Below are positions 28,753 through 37,773 of a stretch of DNA of 64,000 nt, one piece after another (the first letter of the stretch is position 1; the number at the start of each line of letters is the position of its first letter). The stretch comes from an uncultured Acidobacteriota bacterium. GTDB lineage: Bacteria; Acidobacteriota; Vicinamibacteria; Vicinamibacterales; 2-12-FULL-66-21. The notes under the pieces were generated by a model. The model did not search any database. It saw nothing but the letters and a program-made list of their open reading frames with translations, and had not been told where the DNA came from. The position numbers and the translations under genes are program-made. The DNA is taken from NCBI GenBank assembly GCA_963810305.1, contig CAWEMY010000011.1, positions 72,912-136,911 of the forward strand, written 5' to 3'.

Positions 28753-30123
28753 TCATGGCTGCGCCAGCCAGGTCAGGGCCGCTACCAGCCCCCCCGCCAC
28801 CTGACGCGGCTTTTCGACGTGCCCGTAATGGGTGATCGGGACGTCGAACAGCAGCACGCGGACGGGGATGCCGGGATTTGCCTTGCGGAACTGATCGGCG
28901 ACCTGAAGCTCACGCGCCTTGGCCGGGTCCTGATTCCAGTGCCCGTCGTCGAGCTTCGCCACCGTCCAGATCATCTTCTTGTAACCAGTCACAGGCGCGC
29001 GCATGGTGGTGAAGAGGTCGCCGATGACCTCGTCCGGCTTGATACCGAAGGTGTTCCCCTTCAACACCTGCCGGAGCTGTGACGCGACGTGCTCACGCAG
29101 ATTGTCGGCGCTGTTGTGCTCGATGTTCTGCAGCGTCTGCTTGAACTGTGGGCGTCTTGTGTTCTCGAGACCCATCCACTTGGTGGCAATCTCGACGCGC
29201 GTCTTGCCGTCTTCCCACAGAGGATTCAGCGGACCAAGGTATCCCCGCGAGTAGCTTGCCGCCGGCCTTGGATTCAGATCCCAGATTGCCGGGTAGTCGT
29301 CGGCCGTGCGCTCGCCGCGGAACTCCCGCATCGCGCTGAGCGACGCGGGCCCACCGGTCCCCCAGCCCAGTGACAGCCCCCGGAGTCGATCCTTCAGGGT
29401 CGAATCATTGAGGATGAACTGGATCTCACCGCCCGTCGAGTGTCCAACGATGACGATCGGACCATTGGTGGCGGTCTCGATGAGACGCTTGACCCCCTCG
29501 GTCACGACGCGAAAGGTGTAGACCGAGTGGCGAATCCTGGCTTCTTCTGGTGAGACGTCGCGATCCAGCAGGTAACCGGGAATGCGCTGCCCGAACTTGG
29601 CTTCGGTCCAGCCGCCATGCCGGTAGTTGCCGGGGATCGTAATCAGCACCACAGGCACGCGCTGCGCAAGGTACTGGCCGAGCCCTGGTCGGTTCAGCGG
29701 GTCGATGAAGAACTCATACCAGTTCGCCGATCCGCCGTTGATGATCGCGAGCGTCGGCATCCCCGGCAGCGGCTTGCTCGGCGTGAGGTGGAGGGCGGAA
29801 ATGTCCCAGTCGAGTCCGTAGACCTTGTAGCGCACCACGTGCCACTTTGCGCGGTAGCCCAGTTTCTCCGCCGGCGCTGCTTCGAGTTTCCGCGGATCGA
29901 AGGCACCGCCCGGCGCTGTATCGGCGAGCGCCTTGACTGTCGCGCCCCCGTCCGGCAAATCCCACCCGAGTTGATCGAACAGCTCCGGCGGCACGGCGTG
30001 ATACGCGCGATCCTGGCCGAGCGCCTGGAGCACCTGTCGTTCGGGCGTCCCTTGTGCGGCACGAACCACAACCACTGCAGCGGCAAGGACCACCGCAGTC
30101 AGCGTGGGTGTCAGTCTTTTCAT
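28753..30123 (-). CDS. Secreted alpha/beta hydrolase
   Basis: Signal peptide MKRLTPTLTAVVLAAAVVVVRAAQG. Nucleophile elbow VGHSTGGE. Confidence 0.65.
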   Translation of the reverse strand: MKRLTPTLTAVVLAAAVVVVRAAQGTPERQVLQALGQDRAYHAVPPELFDQLGWDLPDGGATVKALADTAPGGAFDPRKLEAAPAEKLGYRAKWHVVRYKVYGLDWDISALHLTPSKPLPGMPTLAIINGGSANWYEFFIDPLNRPGLGQYLAQRVPVVLITIPGNYRHGGWTEAKFGQRIPGYLLDRDVSPEEARIRHSVYTFRVVTEGVKRLIETATNGPIVIVGHSTGGEIQFILNDSTLKDRLRGLSLGWGTGGPASLSAMREFRGERTADDYPAIWDLNPRPAASYSRGYLGPLNPLWEDGKTRVEIATKWMGLENTRRPQFKQTLQNIEHNSADNLREHVASQLRQVLKGNTFGIKPDEVIGDLFTTMRAPVTGYKKMIWTVAKLDDGHWNQDPAKARELQVADQFRKANPGIPVRVLLFDVPITHYGHVEKPRQVAGGLVAALTWLAQP

Positions 30124-30238
30124 CTGAACCTCGTTCTCGATTGGTCAGACCTTACATCGGTTTGGGCGCTCATTGTCGTCGAAAATCGCCTAGAATCACA
30201 CGCCACGCCGCAGCGGCTACCATCGGGAGTAACACTTC

Positions 30239-30628
30239 ATGTCACGAACAGTGATCCAGCCCGACTCGCTGAAAGACCCGCGTCCCCGGTACTCCCAGGG
30301 CATCGTGACTGATGGCGGCCGGTTGCTGTTCATCGCTGGTCAGACCGCCGCCGACCGCGACGGCAACGTCGTCGGAAAAAACGACCCCGAAAAGCAGGCG
30401 GAGCAGGTGTTCGCGAATCTGGGCGCCGTTCTGGCAGCGGCGGGGGGGACGTTCGACAATCTGGTGAGTACCACCACGTACCTCACCGACATCAAGTACC
30501 GCGAGGCTTACAACAAGGTGCGTCTCGAGTACTACGCCAACAGCCAGCCGACCAGCACCCTCGTCGTCGTCAAGGCGCTCGGGGGAGAAGATTTCCTGAT
30601 CGAAATCGACGCGATCGCCGTTATTTGA
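30239..30628 (+). CDS. ridA: RidA/YjgF family reactive-intermediate deaminase
   Basis: 129 aa. ..LFIAGQTA.D..GNVVG.., ..TTTYLTDI.., ..PTSTLVVVKAL...FLIEIDAIAV typical of YjgF/RidA. Confidence 0.8.
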   Translation: MSRTVIQPDSLKDPRPRYSQGIVTDGGRLLFIAGQTAADRDGNVVGKNDPEKQAEQVFANLGAVLAAAGGTFDNLVSTTTYLTDIKYREAYNKVRLEYYANSQPTSTLVVVKALGGEDFLIEIDAIAVI

Positions 30629-31769
30629 GACGGTCGCGCTCTTCGGACGCGGCATGCAGGCCGGTGTTGCCTGCAGGCACGCCGGCGTAGATCGACGTCT
30701 GCAAGAGCACCTCTTCGATGTCGCACCATTCGAGCTCGTGTTCGAGACCGGTGCGCACGTGCAGCCGGAACTCTTCCCATCGTCCCATCGCCGCGGTCGT
30801 CGCGAGGACGAGCAGTCGCCGCGTCCGCACGTCCAGCCCGGGGCGCGTCCACACGGTGCCCCACGCGTAGCGCGTGATGAAGTCCTGGAACTCGGGAGTC
30901 GATGCCGTCGACTCGAGCGCTTTGTCCACGTGCGCGTCGCCGAGTACCGCGCGACGGACGCGCAAGCCGGACTCGCGGCCGTCGGTTCTATCCGTCGGCA
31001 GAAATGCGTGCAACGCAGCACTGAATGTCCGCGGCAGTTCCAGATTCGACAAGTGCGCCGTCGCCAGATGGACGACTCGTGGACGGCGGATGCGTGAGGC
31101 GAGGATTTCGCTGTGGCCATTCCACGGCAGAGAGACATCCAGGTCACCGGCGATCACCAGGGTGTGCGGTTTGATATGCCCAAGTTCCGCGGTGAAGTCG
31201 GTATCACGAACGGCGGCGCAGCACCCCGCATAGCCTGTCGGATCGGTTGCCAGCAACACGCGCTTCGCACCAGCGACAGCGGGGGCGCTCGACTGCAGGA
31301 GCCGGGGAGAAAAGAAGCGCCCCATCACCGTGTCGGCGACGGCCGCCATACCGGACTGGAGAACCGTCTGCCGGCGGGTCTCCATCGCATTCGCGTCGGG
31401 CCGGGGAGACGTATTGGCCAGAACGAGCGCAGTGATGCGGTCGGCAGCGTTGAGCGCGAGCCACTGGCCGATCATGCCTCCCAGGGACAGACCGCAGAAG
31501 GCGAAGTGCTCGATGTGCAGACCATCGGCGATCGCCAGCGCGTCGCGGCCAAGCTGCTCGACCGTGTACTCGCCCGCGGTTGCGTCGGACGCGCCGTGCC
31601 CGCGTATGTCGTACCGCAGCACCCGGAAGTGCTGACCGAGATCCGCCGCCTGCGGGTCCCACATCGAGTGGTCCTGCCCAAGTGAATGCGAGAGCATGAC
31701 GACAGGGCGATCATCGCGCCCGTCGAGACGGTAGTAGTGGCGGGCGCCGTCGCTGGTGAAAAATGGCAT
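30621..31769 (-). CDS. pcaL: Fused 3-oxoadipate enol-lactonase / 4-carboxymuconolactone decarboxylase
   Basis: The N-terminal alpha/beta hydrolase half (GLSLGG elbow) is PcaD-like. The C-terminal half ..ITRYAWGTVWTRPGLDVRTRRLLVLA..EEF..H is PcaC/CMD-like. Confidence 0.8.
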   Translation of the reverse strand: MPFFTSDGARHYYRLDGRDDRPVVMLSHSLGQDHSMWDPQAADLGQHFRVLRYDIRGHGASDATAGEYTVEQLGRDALAIADGLHIEHFAFCGLSLGGMIGQWLALNAADRITALVLANTSPRPDANAMETRRQTVLQSGMAAVADTVMGRFFSPRLLQSSAPAVAGAKRVLLATDPTGYAGCCAAVRDTDFTAELGHIKPHTLVIAGDLDVSLPWNGHSEILASRIRRPRVVHLATAHLSNLELPRTFSAALHAFLPTDRTDGRESGLRVRRAVLGDAHVDKALESTASTPEFQDFITRYAWGTVWTRPGLDVRTRRLLVLATTAAMGRWEEFRLHVRTGLEHELEWCDIEEVLLQTSIYAGVPAGNTGLHAASEERDRLK

Positions 31770-31784
31770 TGGTGTTGGCTGCGG

Positions 31785-33125
31785 TCAGTCCTTTTCGCCG
31801 ATGAGACGACGACGGAAGTACTCTGCCGATCCGAGGTACGCCTCGGGCGTGGCGAGAGCGGATAGCACGGCGGCGTCGACGACGGTGCGTGCCTCGGCGT
31901 TCGCGGCCAGCGACTCTGGAAACGTCGTGTGGCCCAGCGCCGCGTCTGCGAGTGCGTCGGAGATGAGGCGCGCAGCTCGCTGACGCCCAACCATCGGCGC
32001 GAGCAGTGTCATCGCACGCTCCGAGAACACCGCGCCACGCGTTGCGTCGATGTTGGCCTTCATCCGTTCAGGGTCGACCGTCAATCCTTCTACCGCGTCC
32101 GCCAGCGCGAGGACCGCTGAGCCGGTCGCCGTCACCGCGGCGACGATGGTTGCGCTCTCCGCGTGCCAGCCGCCCAGCCCACGCTCGTGTTCCTGCACCA
32201 TCCCGGAGAGGAACGCGGAGACCAGCCCCGGCAGTCGATTGGCGGCCGCGAGCACGGTCGCGCATCCGGCGGGGTTGCGTTTGTGCGGCATCGACGAGGA
32301 TCCACCGCCCGGTTCGGACGCCTCACCGACCTCATGCTGCATCAGCAGCGATACATCGCGCGCGATCTTCGCGAGCGTCCCCGCATAGACGCCGCTGGCG
32401 GCGACGAGGGCCGCCAGTCGATCTCTGTGGCCGTGCCACGGGGCCTCGGGTAACGGCAGTTCCAGTTCGGCCGCGAGCGACCTTGCCACATCGGGACCGG
32501 ACGCGCCGAGGGCGGCGAGCGTGCCTGAGGCGCCGCCGAACTGCACGACACAAGCCTCAGCGAAGGCAGCCTTCAATCGCGCATGGCCGCGCGCTGTCGC
32601 TGCGAACCACCCTGCCGCCTTGAGACCGAACGTGATTGGCGGCGCCGGTTGTAACAGCGTTCGACCCAGCATCACCGTCGACTTGTGCGTATCCGACAGC
32701 CGGCGGAGCGCGCGTGCGAGACGCTCGTGATCCGCGTCGATGACCCGCGCAGCCTCTCGAAGGCACAGCACGATCGCGGTGTCGCTCACGTCCTGGCTCG
32801 TCGTTCCCCAGTGGACGAAGCTCGCCGCCGCGGCATCCGTCCCGGCCACACGCGCCGTGAGCATCTCGACGAATGGGATAGCGATGGTGCCGGACGCACG
32901 GGCAGCGCTGGAGATGACCGCGGCATCGAAGTGGCCAGCCTCTGCCGCCCGGCCGATGATCTCTGCCGCATTCAGCGGCACGATCCCTGCCTTGGCCTGC
33001 GCGCGGACGAGCGCCGCTTCGAACCGGCCCATCGCGGCCAGCAGCGCGTCGTCTGAAAAAACGGCGGCGAGCGCTTCGGTCGTTCCCAGACTGTCGAATA
33101 ACCTCACCGCCCGATGCTCAGCCAT
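31785..33125 (-). CDS. pcaB: 3-carboxy-cis,cis-muconate cycloisomerase
   Basis: ORF 31785..33338. ATG 33125 (MAEHRAVRLFDSLGTT..) overlaps the pcaG stop. Fumarate-lyase superfamily signature GSSSMPHKRNP. Confidence 0.85.
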   Translation of the reverse strand: MAEHRAVRLFDSLGTTEALAAVFSDDALLAAMGRFEAALVRAQAKAGIVPLNAAEIIGRAAEAGHFDAAVISSAARASGTIAIPFVEMLTARVAGTDAAAASFVHWGTTSQDVSDTAIVLCLREAARVIDADHERLARALRRLSDTHKSTVMLGRTLLQPAPPITFGLKAAGWFAATARGHARLKAAFAEACVVQFGGASGTLAALGASGPDVARSLAAELELPLPEAPWHGHRDRLAALVAASGVYAGTLAKIARDVSLLMQHEVGEASEPGGGSSSMPHKRNPAGCATVLAAANRLPGLVSAFLSGMVQEHERGLGGWHAESATIVAAVTATGSAVLALADAVEGLTVDPERMKANIDATRGAVFSERAMTLLAPMVGRQRAARLISDALADAALGHTTFPESLAANAEARTVVDAAVLSALATPEAYLGSAEYFRRRLIGEKD

Positions 33126-33636
33126 CGAAGAACACCGTCTCGCGTTCACCCTGGAGCCGCAGCTCGAACACCCAGACCCCCGGCCGCGCGCCATCAGGGT
33201 GCGCGAGCAGCGTTTCGCGGCGATGCTGGGGGACGAGCGCGAGCACCGGATCCGCGTCGATCGCCGGATCGCCCGCGAAGTATATGCGCGTATGCAGGTG
33301 CCGCAGCAGGCCGCGGGCAAAGAGGCAGAGAGAAACATGTGCCGCCTGCCTGCTCGCCATATTCGTGGAGGCGTTCGAGGGTCGGACGGTTTCGAATGTG
33401 CACGTTCCGTCCTCGCGGGTCGGCATCCGTCCGAAGACGCCGTCCTGCGTGACTTCCACCGCCGCGTCGCCTACCGGCTCGCCATCGCCATCGGTCACGC
33501 GAACGACGAGCGTGATCGGATCCCCGTGTGAACGACGCTCGACGATACGGCCGTTCGGCTCGGGCTTGAGTCCCAGGTGAAAAAACGGCCCGACCGTTTG
33601 CGAGGCGGTCGCGATCAGCTCGCCGTTCCCGCTCAC
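33118..33636 (-). CDS. pcaG: Protocatechuate 3,4-dioxygenase alpha subunit
   Basis: GTG 33636 overlaps the pcaH stop (GTGA). TASQTVGPFFHLGL.. and the ..YFAGD.. pattern match the intradiol dioxygenase alpha chain. Confidence 0.8.
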   Translation of the reverse strand: MSGNGELIATASQTVGPFFHLGLKPEPNGRIVERRSHGDPITLVVRVTDGDGEPVGDAAVEVTQDGVFGRMPTREDGTCTFETVRPSNASTNMASRQAAHVSLCLFARGLLRHLHTRIYFAGDPAIDADPVLALVPQHRRETLLAHPDGARPGVWVFELRLQGERETVFFDG

Positions 33637-34328
33637 ACGCGCTCCTCGAAAGGCGTGGCATGCTCTCCACGGACGACGATGTCCCAGGCGAATCCGAGCG
33701 CCCACTCCGGTTGCGTCAGCGACAGATCGAATCGCGACACGAGGCGCTGGCGCGCGCGCTCGTCGTGAACCGACTGCAGCATCGGGTCATACGGGATCAA
33801 CGGATCCTCCGGGAAATACATCTGTGTGACCAGGCGCGTGCGAAAGCTGCTGCCGAAGATCGAGAAGTGAATGTGCGCCGGTCGCCAGGCGTTGTCGTGG
33901 TTGCGCCACGGATACGCCCCTGGCTTGATCGTCGTGAACTTGTAGCATCCTTCGGCGTCCGTGATCGTGCGGCCGGCTCCGGTAAAGTTCGGATCGAGCG
34001 GTGCGGGATGTGCGTCTTTGACGTGGTAGTAGCGTCCCGCGGCATTTGCCTGCCAGACCTCGATGAGCGCATCGCGCACGGGCCGTCCGTCTTCGTCCAC
34101 CACCCGCCCCGCCACCACAATCCGCTGCCCCTGTGGCTCTTCCCGATGCTGTCGCGTCAGGTCATTGTCGGTTTCGCCGATCGGCCACCAGCCATATACG
34201 GGCGCATTCAGATCGGACAAGGACTCCGGCAGGTGAATGGCGGGCTGCGACGGCGCGCGGCGGACGGTCGACTTGTATGCGGGAAAGAGCAGCGGAGGCT
34301 GCGTGCCCGCCAGCTCTGGTCGGATCAT
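33633..34328 (-). CDS. pcaH: Protocatechuate 3,4-dioxygenase beta subunit
   Basis: ATG 34328. ..EVWQANAAGRYYH...GAYPWRNHDNAWRPAHIHFSIFG.. carries the Fe ligands of intradiol dioxygenases. Confidence 0.85.
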   Translation of the reverse strand: MIRPELAGTQPPLLFPAYKSTVRRAPSQPAIHLPESLSDLNAPVYGWWPIGETDNDLTRQHREEPQGQRIVVAGRVVDEDGRPVRDALIEVWQANAAGRYYHVKDAHPAPLDPNFTGAGRTITDAEGCYKFTTIKPGAYPWRNHDNAWRPAHIHFSIFGSSFRTRLVTQMYFPEDPLIPYDPMLQSVHDERARQRLVSRFDLSLTQPEWALGFAWDIVVRGEHATPFEERV

Positions 34329-34338
34329 CGAATCTCCA

Positions 34339-35115
34339 TCAGCCCGCGCTGGCTGTCCCATGGGCGCGCGCCGTGCGGGTCAACAGGTCGCGCAGCGTCG
34401 CCAGCTCGCCGTCGGTCGGCGGCGGTGTTTCGCTGACGGTGCCGCGGAAGCGTACCGGCCAGCCGGTCTTCTCGCGCACCTGCGCCTCCGTGACGTTCGG
34501 GTGTAGCGTGGCCACTTCGAACTCGTTCGTCTCAGGATCCGGACGCATCGTGCAGAGATCGGTCACGATCAGCGTCGGCCCTTCGGTGCGCAGGCCGAGC
34601 GCCTTTCGCTCCCGGCCGGTTGGACCGTGACCGAGCGACGTCTGAAAATCGAGTCGCTCGACGAATGACCGCGCGCCGTGCGGCATGACGATGAACACGC
34701 GCCCGCAATGCACCGCGATCTCGGTGGCCCCGCCGCTGCCCGGCAACCGGACCGCCGGATGTGTGTAATCGCCTACGACGGTGCTGTTCAGATTTCCGTA
34801 CCGGTCCACCTGCGCGCCGCCAAGAAACCCTACGCTGATGCGTCCACCCTGAAGCCAGTACTGGAACATCTCGGGCACGGGCACGGTTGACAGCGCTGTC
34901 TCCGACAATTCTCCGTCGCCGATCGACAGCGGAAGTACGTGGGGCTTGGTCTCGATGGTCCCCGACTCGTAGACGAGCGTCAATCGCGGCGCGTGAGTCA
35001 GGCGAGCGAGGTTACACGCTGCAGATGGGAGCCCGATACCAACAAAACAAATGTCTTCGTTCCGCAATGCCCGCGCGGCCTCGACCGTCATCATTTCGGT
35101 GGCGGTGTAGCTCAC
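34339..35115 (-). CDS. pcaJ: 3-oxoadipate (3-oxoacid) CoA-transferase subunit B
   Basis: GTG 35115 overlaps the pcaI stop (GTGA). VSYTATEMMTVEAARAL..FVGIGLP..ESG.. is CoA-transferase beta-like. Confidence 0.7.
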   Translation of the reverse strand: MSYTATEMMTVEAARALRNEDICFVGIGLPSAACNLARLTHAPRLTLVYESGTIETKPHVLPLSIGDGELSETALSTVPVPEMFQYWLQGGRISVGFLGGAQVDRYGNLNSTVVGDYTHPAVRLPGSGGATEIAVHCGRVFIVMPHGARSFVERLDFQTSLGHGPTGRERKALGLRTEGPTLIVTDLCTMRPDPETNEFEVATLHPNVTEAQVREKTGWPVRFRGTVSETPPPTDGELATLRDLLTRTARAHGTASAG

Positions 35116-35948
35116 GAAGCGATTTCTCCTGCCGACGCACCGACTCGCCGCACGTTGTGGTCGATCCACTGCCGGAACGACTCCCGATCGCGAGAGATCG
35201 CATCCCACCGTGTGTAGAACGTGTTGTCGCGCTGGTAGTAACCATGGGCATACGACGGACGGGCTCCGCCGGGCGCATGGACGATCGCGTTGATCGTCCA
35301 CGACGGAAGCACCACGGCGTTGGTGCCCTCGGTCTGGAGGTCATCGACGATTTCCTCCACGGTTACGATGGCCGATCCGGCCGCGAGAACCGCTTCCTTC
35401 TGGACGCCGACGATGCCGCTGATGAGAACGTTACCGCGGCGATCCGCCTTTTGCGCGTGGATCACGGTGACATCGGGTTTCAGGGCAGGCACTGCGGCGA
35501 GCCGTTCACCCGTGAAGGGGCAGACGATGAACTGGATCCGTGGATTCGCCTGAACAAGGTCGGAGCCGAGATAGCCGCGGAAAACCGCGCACGGCATGCC
35601 CGAAGCGCCAGCCGCGTAGGCCAGGGCCATGGCGGCGTGACTGTGCTCCTCGATCTCCAGAGCGTTGGGCCAGCCATGCTCGACGGCATCGCGGAAACGA
35701 TGCAAGGAGCCAACTCCGGGATTGCCACCCCACGAGAAGACCAGTTTTCGCGCGCAGCCGCAGCCAATCATCTGATCGTAGACAAGATCCGGCGTCATCC
35801 GGATCAGCGTCAGGCCGGTAAGCTCCTGGCGGATGATTTCATGCCCGGCGGCAAACGGAATGAGGTGGGTGAAGCCCTCCAGCGCGACCGACGCACCAGG
35901 CACGACATACCGGGAGATGGCTGTCTGGAGACTGAGGAATTCAGCCAC
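35112..35948 (-). CDS. pcaI: 3-oxoadipate (3-oxoacid) CoA-transferase subunit A
   Basis: GASVALEGFTHLIPFAAGHEIIRQ.. family-I CoA-transferase alpha-like. Heads the pca operon. Confidence 0.7.
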   Translation of the reverse strand: MAEFLSLQTAISRYVVPGASVALEGFTHLIPFAAGHEIIRQELTGLTLIRMTPDLVYDQMIGCGCARKLVFSWGGNPGVGSLHRFRDAVEHGWPNALEIEEHSHAAMALAYAAGASGMPCAVFRGYLGSDLVQANPRIQFIVCPFTGERLAAVPALKPDVTVIHAQKADRRGNVLISGIVGVQKEAVLAAGSAIVTVEEIVDDLQTEGTNAVVLPSWTINAIVHAPGGARPSYAHGYYQRDNTFYTRWDAISRDRESFRQWIDHNVRRVGASAGEIAS

Positions 35949-35966
35949 GGACCCTGACGGCGGCGC

Positions 35967-36761
35967 TTAGAGGCAGGCGCTTGCCGGCACGCGCCGTCGG
36001 CTCACGGCAGGCTTGCGAGAGCGCATGTCGCCGTCTCCGTCGTCGCCGCTCTGCATCTGCTGAGCGAGGGTTTCGCCGATGCCGGTCTGGACCTTGCCAA
36101 TATGTTCCAGCATGAGCTGCTGCGCCGCGACCTCGTCATGACGTTCGATCGCTTCAAAAATCGCGCGATGGAATCGGCAGATGCCCTCCTTGACAGGTCG
36201 AGGGGTGTCGATCGCTGTGACGATCTCGAGGATCAGATCCGAGAGCGAATTCATCAGCGTTTGCAGCGGCAGGTTGCCCGCGCATTCGGCGACAGCGCGG
36301 TGGAACAGCAGGCTGTGCGGTCGGAAATGCCCGTTCCGTGCAAGCGCGGCTTCTTGACGTTCGAGCACCAGCCTCAGCTTGGTGATGTCTTCAGCCGTTG
36401 CCCGGCGTGCGGCGAGACGCGCGATCGGAGGCTCGATCAGGAGCCGTGCCTCCGTCAGTTCCTCGTGCGAGGTCCGGCCAAGCTTGAGGACGAGCGAGAG
36501 GGAACGCTGTACGGCGTCGTGCCCCATTTCGTTGATGAACGCCCCGCCGTCAGCGCCGCGGCGGATGGCCAGGAGTCCGAGTTCTTCGAGCGATCGGTAG
36601 GCTTCGCGGACAGAGACCCGGCTCGTCTTGTATCGACGCGCCATCTCCCGCTCAGCCGGCAGCTTTTCGCCGGCGTTGAGCTTACCGCTTGAAATCTGGC
36701 GCTTGATCCGGTCGGCCAGGTTGTCGGAAACGCGAGCAGTGCGCGGTGGTCGCTGCGGCAT
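35967..36761 (-). CDS. GntR/FadR-family transcriptional regulator
   Basis: wHTH KLPAEREMARRYKTSRVSVREAYRSLEELGLL plus a C-terminal FCD-type helical domain. Confidence 0.85.
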   Translation of the reverse strand: MPQRPPRTARVSDNLADRIKRQISSGKLNAGEKLPAEREMARRYKTSRVSVREAYRSLEELGLLAIRRGADGGAFINEMGHDAVQRSLSLVLKLGRTSHEELTEARLLIEPPIARLAARRATAEDITKLRLVLERQEAALARNGHFRPHSLLFHRAVAECAGNLPLQTLMNSLSDLILEIVTAIDTPRPVKEGICRFHRAIFEAIERHDEVAAQQLMLEHIGKVQTGIGETLAQQMQSGDDGDGDMRSRKPAVSRRRVPASACL

Positions 36762-36849
36762 CAGGCGCCATTGTGTAGAAGCAGCGCCCTGACGTCAACC
36801 GTCAACAGCGGCATAGACCGTTACCGCCAACCCCAGCCGATAGAGCCGC

Positions 36850-37773
36850 TTAGCGCGACCCTGACGACAGGGTTGCCCACGCGTCCTTAAATAACTGCGG
36901 CAGGTGATACGCGAAATAACCGCTGCTGCCGCCGTCAATTGCGTAGATCACGCCGCGTTTCGGGTCGAGCGCGATGCCGCCGGGCGAGATCAAACGGCTC
37001 GCGGGCCCCTGAATCAGTGCGCGGGGCGCGATGTCACCGTTGTCATTGATATCCCAGACGCCGACGAAGCCCGGGCCAACCCGGCCGCTCGACGACTCCT
37101 GTGCCTTGGTGAACTCTTCTTCCGGCCGCGGCTTATCGGCACGGTACGGCTCGAGCTGCTTCTCCTGCATGCTCTGCTGGGCCAGGAAGATCCTGCCGCT
37201 TTCGGGATCCACTGCCACCTGCCGGAAGTGGGCCAGCCCGGTGTTTCGGCCGGAGATGATCGTCCGCGGAACGGCATTTCCGTTGTCGGTTCTATTGAAC
37301 GTGATGATGCCGGTGGTCGAGGACGACCGGCTCGCCGCGATGATCACGTTGCGGACCGGGTCCACCGCGACGCCGACCACGTCGAGCAGCTTCGTGTTGT
37401 CGCCGTAGAGGACACGCTTCGGTGCGACGTCCCCTTGAGCCTTGCGGTCGAAGATGAGAATGGCGCGCGCCGTCGTGTCGCCGACCATGATCTCGTCGTG
37501 GATCGGATCGACAGCGATCGTCTGCGGTCGGATCAGCCGGGTCTTCGAGCCCTGGATGACGCGCAGCGGCGCTTCCGAGCCGTTCGCGCCGCCGCGGAAC
37601 ACCAGGATCGCGCCGCCGAGCGCGACCGGCATCGACATCTCATCGTTCACTTCGTCGTAGGCGACGCCGTGTATCGTGCGGCTCAGCGATGTGCGCTGTC
37701 CTTCAATGACCCGTTGCGGTGCGACCAATCCGTTTGCCAACCTGGCAAACACCGAGACTCTCGGTACGCTGAC
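36850..37773 (-). CDS. Beta-propeller repeat protein, portion downstream of the in-frame TGA (paralog of 4664..5488)
   Basis: ORF 36850..37752, plus 7 in-frame sense codons (VSVPRVS) back to TGA 37774-37776. MFARLANGLVAPQRVIEGQRTSL.. aligns with the locus 1 C-part. Confidence 0.7.
   Translation of the reverse strand, partial: VSVPRVSVFARLANGLVAPQRVIEGQRTSLSRTIHGVAYDEVNDEMSMPVALGGAILVFRGGANGSEAPLRVIQGSKTRLIRPQTIAVDPIHDEIMVGDTTARAILIFDRKAQGDVAPKRVLYGDNTKLLDVVGVAVDPVRNVIIAASRSSSTTGIITFNRTDNGNAVPRTIISGRNTGLAHFRQVAVDPESGRIFLAQQSMQEKQLEPYRADKPRPEEEFTKAQESSSGRVGPGFVGVWDINDNGDIAPRALIQGPASRLISPGGIALDPKRGVIYAIDGGSSGYFAYHLPQLFKDAWATLSSGSR
37732..37764 (-). promoter_or_regulatory. Putative SECIS-like tandem hairpins after TGA 37776-37774
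   Basis: Minus-strand RNA: CCGAG-AGU-CUCGG then GUUUGCC-AGGUU-GGCAAAC, at the same offsets from the TGA as in locus 1. Stem positions differ from locus 1 in a base-pair-preserving way. Confidence 0.55.
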